Below, piece after piece: positions 37,759 through 49,149 of a DNA stretch of 64,000 nucleotides. The notes beneath the pieces were generated by a model, which was not told where the DNA came from, made no database searches, and saw only the letters and a list, made by a program, of their open reading frames with translations. The stretch is from Bacillota bacterium (lineage in GTDB: Bacteria; Bacillota; SHA-98; UBA4971), in contig DAOSZN010000011.1 in NCBI GenBank assembly GCA_035593725.1, positions 6,789 to 70,788 on the forward strand, in the 5' to 3' direction. Both the position numbers and the translations under genes were made by a program. Position 1 is the stretch's first letter. Each line of letters opens with the position of its first letter.

Positions 37759-38949
37759 TCATTTGCACTTGCAAGCGTCATCAAACGAAATCTCAGCACT
37801 AAACGGAGACATCGCTCTGAGCTTGCTGACTATACCAGGCAACATCTCCAGTACGTAGTCAATGTCTTCAGCTGTAGTCTCGTGTCCAAGGGACAATCTG
37901 AGTGAGCCGTGGGCTATCTCGCTAGGAAGCCCCATAGCCAATAGGACATGGGACGGTTCAAGGGATCCTGAAGTGCACGCGGACCCGCTGGACCCGCATA
38001 TGCCCACCTTATCAAGGCTAAGAAGCACTGATTCCCCTTCTATGAACTCAAAGCAGAAACTTGCGTTTCCCGGCAGCCTCCTTGTGGGATGCCCGTTCAA
38101 TCTCACATTAGGAATACTCTCCATGATTCCCTTTATTAGGTAATCACGAAATCCTGTTAGACGCGTCATCTCGCTTTCCATTTCCTTCTCAGCCAATTCA
38201 AGAGCGACTGCAAGTCCCACTGCCCCTGCAACGTTTTCAGTCCCGCCTCTTCTATTCCGTTCCTGGCCTCCTCCGTCAATAAATTTTTCCATCTTCACGC
38301 CTTTTCGGACCCAAAGTGCGCCTATACCTTTAGGACCTTTGAACTTATGTCCTGAAAGTGAAAGCAAGTCCACTCCTAGCTTCTTTACATCTACAGGAAT
38401 GTGCCCTGTGGTCTGAACCGCGTCTGTGTGGAACAATACACCGTGGCTTTTCGCGATTTCGGCTATGTCTTCAATGGGTTGAACCGTACCCACCTCGTTG
38501 TTAGCGTGCATTATCGAGATAAGTACGGTATCGCTTGTGATCGCAGCCTCTACATCAGCCGGGTCTACCATCCCATAAGAATCCACAGGCACGAAGGTCA
38601 CTTCAAATCCTCGCTTCTTGAGACGCTTGACACTGTCAAGCACCGCATGGTGTTCTATTTGGGACGTGATGATATGATTGCCACGCTTTGAATGGGCATA
38701 AGCCACACCTTTGATTGCCATATTATCAGCTTCAGTTCCTGATCCGGTAAATATGATCTCCTCCGGATGAGCGTTGATTGCCTTTGCCACTTTACCTCTT
38801 GCCTCGTCCAGTGCAACTCTGGCTTCTCTGGCTATACCGTAAATACTTGACGGATTTCCGTACCTTTCCGCCAGGAAAGGAAGGATCGCTTCTACAACTT
38901 CCTGTCGTGGTTTTGTTGTTGCTGCGTTATCCAGGTATACAAGCTTCAT
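37759..38949 (-). CDS. iscS: Cysteine desulfurase (NifS/IscS, PLP class V)
   Basis: PLP-lysine region LSGHKFKGPKG and active-site SSGSAC. Confidence 0.92.
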   Translation of the reverse strand: MKLVYLDNAATTKPRQEVVEAILPFLAERYGNPSSIYGIAREARVALDEARGKVAKAINAHPEEIIFTGSGTEADNMAIKGVAYAHSKRGNHIITSQIEHHAVLDSVKRLKKRGFEVTFVPVDSYGMVDPADVEAAITSDTVLISIMHANNEVGTVQPIEDIAEIAKSHGVLFHTDAVQTTGHIPVDVKKLGVDLLSLSGHKFKGPKGIGALWVRKGVKMEKFIDGGGQERNRRGGTENVAGAVGLAVALELAEKEMESEMTRLTGFRDYLIKGIMESIPNVRLNGHPTRRLPGNASFCFEFIEGESVLLSLDKVGICGSSGSACTSGSLEPSHVLLAMGLPSEIAHGSLRLSLGHETTAEDIDYVLEMLPGIVSKLRAMSPFSAEISFDDACKCK

Positions 38950-38997
38950 TTCTAATCATCTCCCGACAATAGTGTGGCTTTAGGCATGATTCCTGAC

Positions 38998-39480
38998 TCA
39001 CTGACATGTCCCCATTGGTCGCTGGGAATCAGAGGCACAAGCCCCGCATGACCCACTACTTAAGTCAACGGTTCCTTCGCACAAGTCCCTGAGGTTAATT
39101 GAATCAAGCACTCTGTTAGTGCAATCTTGTAGCTTCTTCCATACGAACCTAACCACGCAATCTTCCAGTTGTTCACAGTCCTCATGGTCGAAATCGTGGG
39201 CGAGACATTGAACCGGGTCAAAGGATCCCTCCATCACTCTGACAACATCGCCTACTGTGATTTCCTCAGGTGGCTTCGTAAGTTCATAGCCTCCCTGCGC
39301 ACCTCTGGAGCTGGCAACAAGCCCTGCTTTACGCAATTTTGCCATGAGCTGTTCAAGGTAATGTAAGGAAACCATCTGTCTGTCAGCTATAGAATTAAGA
39401 GGCACAGGACCTTCACCGTAGCGAAGAGCTAAGTCGTACATGGCTCGCAATCCATATCTGCCACGAGTTGATAATTTCAT
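38998..39480 (-). CDS. iscR: Rrf2-family transcriptional regulator (IscR-like)
   Basis: Winged-helix N-terminus MKLSTRGRYGLRAMYDLA and three-Cys cluster (C-x9-C-x5-C); ATG 39480 after AAGGTGA preferred (ORF opens with GTG 39489). Confidence 0.8.
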   Translation of the reverse strand: MKLSTRGRYGLRAMYDLALRYGEGPVPLNSIADRQMVSLHYLEQLMAKLRKAGLVASSRGAQGGYELTKPPEEITVGDVVRVMEGSFDPVQCLAHDFDHEDCEQLEDCVVRFVWKKLQDCTNRVLDSINLRDLCEGTVDLSSGSCGACASDSQRPMGTCQ

Positions 39481-39678
39481 TGGATTCACCTTCTTCCTTG
39501 CGGCAGGAGGGGAATCCCAAGTAAACTAATCGGGATTCCCGCATAAAAAATATATCACCTGTCAATATCCGTGTCAATCACTTTTGACGCACTTTTTTAA
39601 TGCGCTTCTTCCGAGTTCTTCTTCATTCTGTATAAAATATGTTATGATCCAAGCGAAACACAATCGGAGCGTGATACT

Positions 39679-41040
39679 ATGGATTTGTTCAGCTGTCGGG
39701 GCGACCGATTCTTGCGACGCGAGGCTCCCCTTGCCCTTAGAATGCGTCCTGTCACTTTGGAGGAATTTGTCGGGCAAGAACACATCTTAGGCCAAGGAAG
39801 ACTACTTAGACGAGCTATTGAAGGGGACAGGCTTTCATCTGTTATTCTGTACGGACCTCCCGGCACCGGTAAAACTGCGCTGGCCAATATCATAGCAGGC
39901 ATAACCAGATCCCACTTCCAATCATTGAATGCAGTAACGTCAGGGGTAGCTGATATAAGACGGGTTATGGAAGATGCTTCGGACAGACTTAGGATGCACG
40001 AAACCAGGACAATTCTCTTTATCGACGAGGTCCACAGGTTCAACAAAACTCAACAAGACGCTCTGTTGCCTGCCGTAGAAGACGGAACCGTGATATTCAT
40101 CGGCGCAACAACGGAAAACCCGTTTTTTGAGATTAGCAGGCCGCTTCTATCACGCTCACGCGTGTTTAGGTTTGAGCCGCTGGATGATGAAGATATCTCC
40201 CTTATTTTACGTCGAGCATTGGAAGATAAAGAGCGCGGTCTCGGAGAGTATAAGGTGGTAGTTGACGAAGATGCGTTCTGTCATATTGTCCGATGCGCAA
40301 ACGGTGATGCCAGAACAGCCTTGAACGCAATTGAACTTGCTGTGCTGACAACCGAGGCGGATGAAGGCGGAGTGCGCTGCATCACCTTGGAGATTGCGGA
40401 AGAATCTATTCAAGAGAAGGCATTAGTGTACGACAAGAGCGGAGACGCTCACTATGACATGGCTTCCGCATTGATAAAAAGCATGAGGGGGAGCGATCCT
40501 GATGCCACCGTGTACTGGCTTGCAAGAATGATCGCTTCAGGTGAAAAGCCTGAATTTATAGCGAGGAGGATCCTGATTCATGCAGCAGAGGACATAGGCT
40601 TGGCTGATCCCCACGCCCTTTTGGTGGCAAGCGCGGCAGCTTGGGCAGTAAACTTCGTGGGGTGGCCGGAAGCTAAACTCATTCTTACCCAGGCTGCCAT
40701 CTACCTAGCCACAGCTCCAAAAAGTAACTCATGCTACCTTGCAATAAAGAACGCTTCGTCTGACCTTGAAGGTGAACGCACAGGCGAAGTTCCTCATCAC
40801 CTTCGTGACGCATCCTATAAAGGCGCTGCCTCCTTAGGACATGGCAAAGGCTACAAGTACCCCCATGATTATCCCGGCAACTACATCTTTCAGCAGTATT
40901 TGCCTGATAACTTAGTGGGCAAGACATACTATGAGCCTTCAGAAAACGGTTATGAAAGAACAATCAAAGAAAGATTTGCCAGCCGGAAGAAGAGTCAGCC
41001 AGTGAAAAAACATGACCCCACCATGCCGTCTGGCCGGTAA
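39679..41040 (+). CDS. rarA: Replication-associated recombination protein A (AAA+ ATPase RarA/MgsA)
   Basis: Walker A GPPGTGKT, Walker B FIDEVHRF, MgsA C-terminal domain. Confidence 0.92.
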   Translation: MDLFSCRGDRFLRREAPLALRMRPVTLEEFVGQEHILGQGRLLRRAIEGDRLSSVILYGPPGTGKTALANIIAGITRSHFQSLNAVTSGVADIRRVMEDASDRLRMHETRTILFIDEVHRFNKTQQDALLPAVEDGTVIFIGATTENPFFEISRPLLSRSRVFRFEPLDDEDISLILRRALEDKERGLGEYKVVVDEDAFCHIVRCANGDARTALNAIELAVLTTEADEGGVRCITLEIAEESIQEKALVYDKSGDAHYDMASALIKSMRGSDPDATVYWLARMIASGEKPEFIARRILIHAAEDIGLADPHALLVASAAAWAVNFVGWPEAKLILTQAAIYLATAPKSNSCYLAIKNASSDLEGERTGEVPHHLRDASYKGAASLGHGKGYKYPHDYPGNYIFQQYLPDNLVGKTYYEPSENGYERTIKERFASRKKSQPVKKHDPTMPSGR

Positions 41041-41223
41041 CATTTCTATCCCTGCGCCCTGCAGGTGGGTGCCCTCCCAAGTGTTTTGCGACTCCGCACG
41101 CCGACGGCACTCGCGCCTCACTCGGAGCTGAGGCCCCTTTCAAATGGTGTTGGAACAAAAGTTACCGATGTCAAATCGAACACGGTAGGGTCTTTTTAGT
41201 GTTTTCCTTGCAAGTGAATGATA

Positions 41224-43068
41224 TCATAAGCCTTTAAGGATTTCAAGGCAGTCCTGTGTATCACCGCTTGTGTCTATTTTGCCCGTGTCGGCTACCTCTA
41301 TATGCAGTTCGGCCAGCTGTTCATCGCTAATCATGCCGGGAGCTCCAGTCATGGGGCACACTGCCTTTTGCGTCTTGGGAAAGGCGATTACGTCCCGGAT
41401 GGTCTTTCTCCCTGACAATAGCATAACCAGCCTGTCAAAGCCTAACGCAATCCCGCCGTGAGGAGGCGCTCCATACTCAAAAGCCTCAAGAAGGAAACCA
41501 AATTTTTCCCTTGCCTCCTCTTCACTGAGTCCTAATGCTTTAAAGACCCTCTCCTGCACGTCTCGTTTGTGTATTCTTATGCTTCCGCTGCCCAGCTCCA
41601 CACCGTTCAAGACTAGATCGTAGATGTTAGCTCTGACACTTAAAGGATCTGTCTCCATTAGATCAATATCCTCTTCCAGCGGAGAGGTAAAGGGATGATG
41701 GACAGCGACTATCCTCTCTTCTTCCTGGCTGAATTCAAATAGGGGAAACTCAGTGACCCACAGGAATGCCATTTCGTCTTTGGGGATCAGGCCCAATTCG
41801 GCACCTAGGTGCAATCTTAATCTGCCAAGGGATTCCTGGACTACTTTTACGGGACCTGCGACAATTAGAATGAGATCCCCGTCTTTTGCAGCTGTGATTT
41901 CCGCGATTTTCTGCAACTCATCTTCCCGGACAAACTTGGTCAATTGAGAGTTAAGGACAAGCTCTCCGTCTTCCCCACAAGAGACTGCTATTGACATGAG
42001 TCCTGCTGCACCAAAGTCTTTCACGACTTCCTCGAGCTCTTTGATTTGCTGCCTGGAGAATCCGGAACAACCCGGCCCTACAATAGCAGCTACCGTGCCA
42101 CCTGTCTCAATGGCGCTGCGGAAAACGCGGAAACCGCAATTTTCTACAGCATCGCTTATGTCTATCAATTCCATGCCGAATCTAATGTCAGGCTTGTCAG
42201 AACCATATCGCGCCATAGCTTCAGCATATGACATCCTAGGGAAAGGCCTTGCCACAGTTGTCCCGAGAGTCTTCTCGATACAATCGGTCATCATTGCCTC
42301 GACAAGGTTAAGCACATCATCTCTACTGATGAAAGACATTTCGATATCGATTTGTGTAAACTCAGGTTGTCTGTCAGCACGTAAGTCTTCATCCCGGAAA
42401 CAGCGGGCAAGTTGAAAATATTTGTCAAATCCGGACACCATTAGGAGCTGCTTGAATAATTGGGGGGATTGCGGTAACGCGAAGAATCGGCCTGGATTCA
42501 CGCGGCTGGGCACAACAAAGTCGCGAGCCCCCTCAGGGGTGCTTTTTATGAACATTGGCGTCTCTACCTCAATGAACCCCTGAGAATCCAAGAAGTTCCT
42601 TACAGCCATGGTTAAGCGGTGACGGAAGATTATATTCTTTTGCATGTCGGGTCTTCGGAGGTCAAGATATCTGTACTTAAGCCTGAGAAGCTCGTCAACA
42701 TCAAGATTCTCAGTAATATAAAAAGGCGGAGTCTTCGACTTAGATAACACTTCCAGAGACTCAGCTGCCACATCAACATTCCCTGTGGGGAGCGAAGGGT
42801 TTGCTGTGCCGGGCGGGCGCTCTACAACAACTCCGGATATGCATACTACATCCTCTGAACCAAGCTTCTCTGCTGCTCGATGGGCACGAGGGGAGGTTTC
42901 CGGATTAAAAACCACCTGGACAACACCTGAACGATCCCGAAGGTCGATAAATATAAGACCGCCAAGGTCCCTTCTCCTGGCAACCCAACCCGCGAGAACG
43001 ACTGTCTTGCCTATTAGAGCTTCATCTGCAACTTCTCCCACCATATGAGTTCTCTTCATCTGCATCAT
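41224..43068 (-). CDS. aspS: Aspartate--tRNA ligase
   Basis: Anticodon-binding OB fold ([22 protein letters not shown]) and class II motifs; hisS-aspS synteny. Confidence 0.95.
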   Translation of the reverse strand: MMQMKRTHMVGEVADEALIGKTVVLAGWVARRRDLGGLIFIDLRDRSGVVQVVFNPETSPRAHRAAEKLGSEDVVCISGVVVERPPGTANPSLPTGNVDVAAESLEVLSKSKTPPFYITENLDVDELLRLKYRYLDLRRPDMQKNIIFRHRLTMAVRNFLDSQGFIEVETPMFIKSTPEGARDFVVPSRVNPGRFFALPQSPQLFKQLLMVSGFDKYFQLARCFRDEDLRADRQPEFTQIDIEMSFISRDDVLNLVEAMMTDCIEKTLGTTVARPFPRMSYAEAMARYGSDKPDIRFGMELIDISDAVENCGFRVFRSAIETGGTVAAIVGPGCSGFSRQQIKELEEVVKDFGAAGLMSIAVSCGEDGELVLNSQLTKFVREDELQKIAEITAAKDGDLILIVAGPVKVVQESLGRLRLHLGAELGLIPKDEMAFLWVTEFPLFEFSQEEERIVAVHHPFTSPLEEDIDLMETDPLSVRANIYDLVLNGVELGSGSIRIHKRDVQERVFKALGLSEEEAREKFGFLLEAFEYGAPPHGGIALGFDRLVMLLSGRKTIRDVIAFPKTQKAVCPMTGAPGMISDEQLAELHIEVADTGKIDTSGDTQDCLEILKGL

Positions 43069-43116
43069 GGCTCACTTCTCTCTTCATAAGTTGGATTATT
43101 TTAAAAGAGTTATATT

Positions 43117-44376
43117 CTATGTCAATACTTGAACCAGATCTCTGAACTGTACTTGAGCTTGATCCCCGGTTGCCATATCTCTCACTACGGCGTAGTCCCC
43201 TTTAAGCTCGTCTTCGCCGATTATCACAACTTTCTTGACTCCCTGCTTATCCGCGTACTTCATCTGAGCTCTTAAGCTTCGGTCCAAGTAATCAATATCC
43301 GCTGATGTGCCTTGCTCGCGTAACAAGCGAGCAAGGCGAAGAGCCTGAAGCTTAGCCTCGTCCCCCATCGCAGCGATAAACACGTTGACTCTGCCTGCTT
43401 CTTGGCCTATTGCCCCACCTTCCGCGTCCTGCAAGACTTGCACAGCCCGCTCTATACCTGCAGCGAAGCCTACGCCCGGAATCGCGCTCCCGCCAAGCTC
43501 CTCAGCCAAGCCGTCATACCTTCCACCGCCCCCGAGGGCGTCCTGTGCCCCGAGGCCGGAATGAATCACCTCAAAAACGGTCTTGGTGTAATAGTCAAGC
43601 CCCCTGACAATAGTGGGATCCAGTTCATAAATGAGATCCAAGGCAGTCAAGCACTCAGTGACTCCTTCAAAGTGCCGGCTGCAGTCTTCGCAAAGGTAGT
43701 CGAATATCGGAGGGAGTTTCTTGGCAAGGCCAGCACATCGTTCATTCTTGCAATCCAGGACTCTCAGGGGATTGCGCTCAAGCCTCCTTCTGCAGTCAGC
43801 ACAAAGCTCATCCGTATGTTTGGAAAGCAAATTCATAAGGCTTTCTTTATAACGAGGTCTACACTTAGAACACCCAATACTATTCAGGCGCACGACAAAG
43901 CCTTCTAATCCCAAACGTTGATAAACACTGATGAGCACAGAAATAACCTCTGCATCCAAAGCAGGTGAAGATGCCCCTAGGGCTTCGACCCCAAACTGGG
44001 TATGTTGCCTGAGGCGTCCCATTTGAGGACGTTCATATCGAAACATTGGCCCAATATAATAAACCTTAACAGGCTGAGGCAAGGCCCACATTTTGTGCTC
44101 AAGGTAGGCTCTGACAACCGGGGCTGTACCTTCAGGACGCAGCGTGATGCTGCGTTCCCCCTTGTCAAGAAAGGTGTACATTTCTTTCTCCACAATATCA
44201 GTGCTCTCTCCGACTCCTCTCTGAAAGAGCTCTGTATGCTCGAAAATTGGGGTTCTGATCTCAGTGTATCCTGCATTGCGGCATACTGATCTTACAGTCT
44301 CCTCCAGCCGTTGCCAAACCCCCGGTTTCTCAGGAAATACGTCTATCGTTCCCCTCGGCGCCCTGATATGTGTCAT
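43117..44376 (-). CDS. hisS: Histidine--tRNA ligase
   Basis: Class II motifs and HisRS anticodon-binding domain; 419 aa. Confidence 0.95.
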   Translation of the reverse strand: MTHIRAPRGTIDVFPEKPGVWQRLEETVRSVCRNAGYTEIRTPIFEHTELFQRGVGESTDIVEKEMYTFLDKGERSITLRPEGTAPVVRAYLEHKMWALPQPVKVYYIGPMFRYERPQMGRLRQHTQFGVEALGASSPALDAEVISVLISVYQRLGLEGFVVRLNSIGCSKCRPRYKESLMNLLSKHTDELCADCRRRLERNPLRVLDCKNERCAGLAKKLPPIFDYLCEDCSRHFEGVTECLTALDLIYELDPTIVRGLDYYTKTVFEVIHSGLGAQDALGGGGRYDGLAEELGGSAIPGVGFAAGIERAVQVLQDAEGGAIGQEAGRVNVFIAAMGDEAKLQALRLARLLREQGTSADIDYLDRSLRAQMKYADKQGVKKVVIIGEDELKGDYAVVRDMATGDQAQVQFRDLVQVLT

Positions 44377-44388
44377 GAATTTGCCTCC

Positions 44389-45531
44389 TCAGTCATCAGC
44401 CTGTTCCTTAGGATTAATGGCGCTGTCTCTCTTCTCCAAGAGCTCCCGAATTTCTTTAGTCTTAGCTTGCTGCTCCTTGACATCATCATCAGAGCCTACG
44501 GTTTTTAGAAGAGACTCAAGACGGACATGAAGCAGAATGTCCAGCCCGCCGTATTCCGAAGCGGCTTTGAATTCATTTGCAGCAAGCTCCCGTGAACCTC
44601 CGTCCCTATATGCCAACCCCAAAAGGAGTCTCAAATATGGATCCTCAGGCCGCAAACTGACAGCCTTCTTTAAAGCTTCAATAGCTTGTTCCGTGTCACC
44701 TTTGGCCGTGTAAGCCTGGGCAGCACCTACGTAGAGATAAGCGTTATCCGGATCCATGGTTATTGCGGAATTGTATTCAAGAATTGCCTCGTCATAGTCG
44801 TTTTCCTGAAGTTTTCTGAGCGCCCTTAACTCAGCGTCACGGAGTTCTATGTTTGCCTCGCTACGAAGTCCTTCAAGCCAATTAGACAACGCATCTTGCT
44901 CTGCTTTCGTTCTGAGTCTTGTCTCAATTTCAGAGCGCTTTTCGTCAAACTCTTCGCCTTCTGCAGGTTTTCCGGTTTCTTCTGTATAAGCCTTCTTGAC
45001 CTCGTCTTCAGATACTGTAACTCCTGCTTGAACTTTGGCGAACAGTTTCTGGATTGTCAAACGGTCTTTTATCAGAGTTTTAAACTGAGCTGCTGTGATA
45101 TTGTTCGCGGCAAGCGCGTCACGGAAAGCCTCCTTGCTGGGAAAGGCCTCTTCCTGTAACTTAAACTCAGCTTCAATTTCTTTTGATGAGATGCGAATCT
45201 TCTCTTTCTGTGCAGCCTCTGTAATCAATGCAGTATTAATAAACTGATCAAGTAAAGAGGCGCGAATAGGCCCTATTGTCTCAGGAAGCACCCTTCCTGT
45301 GTACTCGTACTCGGAAAGAAGCGCATTTCTGTACCCTTGCTCAAAAGCTTCTCTGGTTATCGGTTTCCCGTTGACTATAGCGATAACCCCGTAGCCGTCT
45401 GCAGAAGGCTCTCGGACAAACACTGAGCCTGTATATAGCAACCCTCCTACGAAGGCAATGGCTAGAACGATAACTAAAACCTTAGTGATTTTGGCACCTT
45501 TTTTTCCACGAAAGCCCTTGAACAAGGGCAT
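44389..45531 (-). CDS. SurA N-terminal-domain-like chaperone-type protein with C-terminal TPR repeats, membrane anchored
   Basis: N-terminal TM; PpiD/SurA_N-like block (IAIVNGKPITREAFEQ...); TPR-like repeats (AYLYVGAAQAYTAKGDTEQAIEALKKAV). Confidence 0.6.
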   Translation of the reverse strand: MPLFKGFRGKKGAKITKVLVIVLAIAFVGGLLYTGSVFVREPSADGYGVIAIVNGKPITREAFEQGYRNALLSEYEYTGRVLPETIGPIRASLLDQFINTALITEAAQKEKIRISSKEIEAEFKLQEEAFPSKEAFRDALAANNITAAQFKTLIKDRLTIQKLFAKVQAGVTVSEDEVKKAYTEETGKPAEGEEFDEKRSEIETRLRTKAEQDALSNWLEGLRSEANIELRDAELRALRKLQENDYDEAILEYNSAITMDPDNAYLYVGAAQAYTAKGDTEQAIEALKKAVSLRPEDPYLRLLLGLAYRDGGSRELAANEFKAASEYGGLDILLHVRLESLLKTVGSDDDVKEQQAKTKEIRELLEKRDSAINPKEQADD

Positions 45532-45585
45532 CTCCCCCTATCTTCAACACTATGTTGTGAGTCTATCTCACTTTCCACCTGGTTG

Positions 45586-46212
45586 TCAACGGCTGAAACC
45601 GGCCCGCTCCCAGCCAATAGTAGTGAACGGACCATGGCCCGGATAAATCAATGTTTCATCAGGAAGGACAAGGAGCTTTTCTTCAATGGATTCCATAAGC
45701 TCATCATAAGATCCGCCGGGCAAGTCCGTACGGCCAATCCCTCCTTGGGCAAAAATCACATCTCCTGAAAAAACTACGCCTTCTCCCAAGAGCGAAATGC
45801 TGCCCGGGGTATGACCCGGAGTATGCAATACCCTAAGGCATACACCACCTGCATACAGCGTGTCTCCTTCAGCAAGGAGCAAGTCTGCAGGCGGACTTGT
45901 CTTGCCCTTAGCGAAACTAGAGAAAGCAGGTGAAAGATTGAGAGTAGGGTCTTCAAGCGCAGGCGCGTCTTCTGCACCTATAGCAATAATAGCCCCTGTT
46001 GCTTCTGCCAATGCCTTGTTCGCTGCTATGTGGTCCACGTGTCCGTGGGTATTTGCGATTATCTTGCATATTAGGCCTTCCGCCTTCAGTTTTTCCAGTA
46101 TCCGATCGGCATCGTCTCCCGGATCAATAACTATTGCTTCCTTTGATGTTTCACACCCTACAATATAGCAATTAGTCCCAAACGCTCCGACACGGATTGT
46201 GCTAATGATCAT
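45586..46212 (-). CDS. MBL-fold metallo-hydrolase (glyoxalase II-like)
   Basis: THGHVDH zinc motif plus downstream His/Asp ligands. Confidence 0.85.
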   Translation of the reverse strand: MIISTIRVGAFGTNCYIVGCETSKEAIVIDPGDDADRILEKLKAEGLICKIIANTHGHVDHIAANKALAEATGAIIAIGAEDAPALEDPTLNLSPAFSSFAKGKTSPPADLLLAEGDTLYAGGVCLRVLHTPGHTPGSISLLGEGVVFSGDVIFAQGGIGRTDLPGGSYDELMESIEEKLLVLPDETLIYPGHGPFTTIGWERAGFSR

Positions 46213-46384
46213 GAATTCGGCAACTCCTTTCCTGTCCCCTGTAATGATTCCGATCTCTGGAGTCCGGAGAACTTGAAGTCACCATAGGCGCGCCGTGGAT
46301 GTTCTTTATGTTAATGGTACAGCAATACTGCCTGAACGCCTGGATTAGGCATGAAGGCACACAAGCGGCGCAAGCGACAATAAC

Positions 46385-46837
46385 CTAGAATAGTTTGTCG
46401 CTGTCAAGCAGTATGGTGACCGGACCGTCATTTTCTACAGATACAGTCATCATGGCTTGGAATCTTCCGGTCTCAACTGAGAGGCCGGCGCCTCTGAGTC
46501 TCCTTACATATTCTTCGTACATTTCCAAGGCTTTCTCCGGAGACGCAGCATGGCTGAAGCTGGGTCGTCTGCCTCTGCGACAGTCGCCCCACAAGGTGAA
46601 TTGGGAGACTACAAGCACTTGTAAATTCAGTTGCAAGACGGACAGATTCATCTTTCCGCTATCGTCTTCGAAGATCCGAAGATTGGCAACCTTATCAACC
46701 AGGTACCTTAAATCATCAAGAGAATCGTCTTCTCCGACGCCGAGAAAAACCACCAGCCCCGGCCCGATCTCCCCTACTATTTCATCCTGGACCGTAACTT
46801 TGGCAGACTTTACTCTCTGGACTACAGCTCTCATCAA
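46385..46837 (-). CDS. dtd: D-aminoacyl-tRNA deacylase
   Basis: MRAVVQRV...SQFTLWGD (SQFTL motif) and C-terminal gate NDGPVT; 150 aa. Confidence 0.92.
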   Translation of the reverse strand: MMRAVVQRVKSAKVTVQDEIVGEIGPGLVVFLGVGEDDSLDDLRYLVDKVANLRIFEDDSGKMNLSVLQLNLQVLVVSQFTLWGDCRRGRRPSFSHAASPEKALEMYEEYVRRLRGAGLSVETGRFQAMMTVSVENDGPVTILLDSDKLF

Positions 46838-46867
46838 TATCTCACTTTCTATCGGAGGAGACGGAAT

Positions 46868-49063
46868 TTAGCTTGACACCGACTTCTCCAGATGCAGGCC
46901 TATCTGTTGCACTCTGCGGACTGCTGTTACACCCTTAATGCGCTTGATCCTTTCTATTACGGAATTCAAATGGTCAGCGCCGGTTGTCTCCACCACCATA
47001 TTGACAATGGCAATGTCATCCTTAGTTGTCTTAGCGTTTACAGCGCTAATATTCGCGCGAAGCCCTGTGACTGCATTCATAATATTTGTCAAAAGTGCAA
47101 CTCTGTCCATAGCCTCGATTTCGAGTTCCACAGGATATGAGTTCTCCGCGTCAAATTCCCACTCAATTTCTATGCAACGTTCAGGGGACGTTTTGAGCCA
47201 GGCAATATTCGGACAATCCCGCCTGTGCACTGAAATTCCCTTGCCTCTGGTGATATAACCTATGACCTCATCTCCTGGGATGGGGTTGCAGCACTTGGCC
47301 ATCCTAGCTAGGACGTTGTCCACACCTTTTACCTTAATTCCCAGGCTTTCCTCAGGTCTCCTTCGCGCAGCGAGCCGAGTCGGTTCTTTTTCTTCTTTTC
47401 CCTTCTCAGCCTTTTCCGGCATAATCCGGCCGACTACAAGGGCTGCTGAAATCTTGTTGTCACCTACTGATGCCAAAAGATCGTCGACGTCCTGAAATCC
47501 CAGACGCTTTGCAGCGACTTGTAGTTTTTCTTCTCTGAGGTTTTCATGAACTTCCAAACCTTGACGTCTTAATTCCTTTTCCAAAAGGTCACGGCCTCTG
47601 GGCAGGGACTCGCTGCGCCGCTCCTCTCTTACCCACTGGCGTATCTTGCTTCTCGCTTTCGATGTTTTGACAAAAGCCAGCCAGTCCAGGCTGGGGCCGG
47701 TTTGCCCTTTTGATATAACTATTTCCACTATATCGCCGTTGGTAAGTTGATAATCCAGAGGCGCCATTTTCCCGTTGATTCGTGCGCCTACGCACCTATG
47801 TCCTATGTCAGTATGCACGCTATAAGCAAAATCCACAGGAGTGGATCCCGCAGGCAAGCTTTTCACATCACCCTTTGGGGTAAAAACAAAGACTTCATCT
47901 TTGAAAAGGTCGATTTTCAAAGTCTCCATGAAGTCATGAACATCCTTCATATCCCTTTGCCATTCCAGCAGCTGCCTGAGCCATGAAAGCTTCTCCTCAA
48001 ATTCATTGGTGGCTTGAGTGCCTTCCTTGTATCTCCAGTGGGCAGCTATGCCATATTCGGCAGTTCGATGCATTTCCCAGGTTCGAATCTGAATCTCCAA
48101 AGGCTCGCCTTCAGGTCCTATCACTGTCGTATGAAGGGATTGGTACATGTTTGATTTAGGCATCGCAATATAGTCTTTGAACCGGCCGGGTATTGGTTTC
48201 CAAAGGGAATGGACTGTGCCCAAAGCTGCATAGCAATCTCTTACGTTGTTTACGATGATTCGAACTGCGATGAGATCATAAATCTCATCAAAGGTCTTGC
48301 CCTTTACTCTCATCTTCTCGAATATGCTGTAGAAGTGTTTAGCCCGCCCCTGCAATTCGCAAGGAATATTCCCTTCATCAAGGCTCTTTTTGAGGATCTC
48401 TTTTGCTTCCTCAATGAGACCTTCTCGTTCTTTGCGCTTCCTTGAGACTCTTTCGACAAGTTTGTAGTATTCACCCGGCTCCAGGTATCTCAGAGCGAGA
48501 TCCTCAAGCTCCCACTTAATCCTCCACATTCCGAGCCTGTGAGCAAGGGGAGCATAGATCTCCAGAGTCTCCCTGGCTATTCTTGCCTGCCTATCCCAGG
48601 GAAGATGGCCTAAAGTTCGCATGTTGTGAAGTCTGTCTGCCAGCTTGATGAGGACTACCCGAATGTCCTGGGCCATTGCCAAGAACATCTTCCTCAAATT
48701 CTCCGCCTGCTGCTCTTCTCTTGACATTAGAGGCACCCTGCCGAGCTTTGTTACTCCGTCGACCAGGAGCCCGATTTCGTCTCCGAACGTTGCCTTAATC
48801 TCGGCAAGAGTTACATCTGTGTCTTCGATCACGTCGTGGAGCAACCCTGCGGCAATTGTGGTAACGTCCATTTCAAGTTCGGCAAGAATAAGCGCAACCT
48901 CGAGAGGGTGAAAAATGTACCAATCCCCCGAGTCACGTCGCTGGCCTGCGTGTGCACGGGAAGCAAAGTCAAAAGCTTTCATCACAGTATCGAGAGGGGC
49001 TGAAGGAGCATATTGCTTTACTCTGTCGAGCACATCCTCAATGGTTACTCCCATAGATACCAC
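46868..49063 (-). CDS. relA: Bifunctional (p)ppGpp synthetase/hydrolase RelA/SpoT (HD-RelA_SpoT-TGS-ACT)
   Basis: HD domain (HPLEVA...HD), synthetase block (YQSLHTTV), TGS and ACT C-terminus; recJ-relA-dtd synteny. Confidence 0.93.
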   Translation of the reverse strand: MVSMGVTIEDVLDRVKQYAPSAPLDTVMKAFDFASRAHAGQRRDSGDWYIFHPLEVALILAELEMDVTTIAAGLLHDVIEDTDVTLAEIKATFGDEIGLLVDGVTKLGRVPLMSREEQQAENLRKMFLAMAQDIRVVLIKLADRLHNMRTLGHLPWDRQARIARETLEIYAPLAHRLGMWRIKWELEDLALRYLEPGEYYKLVERVSRKRKEREGLIEEAKEILKKSLDEGNIPCELQGRAKHFYSIFEKMRVKGKTFDEIYDLIAVRIIVNNVRDCYAALGTVHSLWKPIPGRFKDYIAMPKSNMYQSLHTTVIGPEGEPLEIQIRTWEMHRTAEYGIAAHWRYKEGTQATNEFEEKLSWLRQLLEWQRDMKDVHDFMETLKIDLFKDEVFVFTPKGDVKSLPAGSTPVDFAYSVHTDIGHRCVGARINGKMAPLDYQLTNGDIVEIVISKGQTGPSLDWLAFVKTSKARSKIRQWVREERRSESLPRGRDLLEKELRRQGLEVHENLREEKLQVAAKRLGFQDVDDLLASVGDNKISAALVVGRIMPEKAEKGKEEKEPTRLAARRRPEESLGIKVKGVDNVLARMAKCCNPIPGDEVIGYITRGKGISVHRRDCPNIAWLKTSPERCIEIEWEFDAENSYPVELEIEAMDRVALLTNIMNAVTGLRANISAVNAKTTKDDIAIVNMVVETTGADHLNSVIERIKRIKGVTAVRRVQQIGLHLEKSVSS

Positions 49064-49149
49064 CTATATTCCGGCCGAAATTCACCCATGGGCAGATAAC
49101 TTAATCAGCTGCCTTCCGGCTTGTATACTTTTAATCAATTATACATCAA

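Noticed and set aside
43402-43908. 168-aa plus-strand ORF
   Set aside because: Antisense within hisS.
46395-46871. 158-aa plus-strand ORF
   Set aside because: Antisense within dtd.
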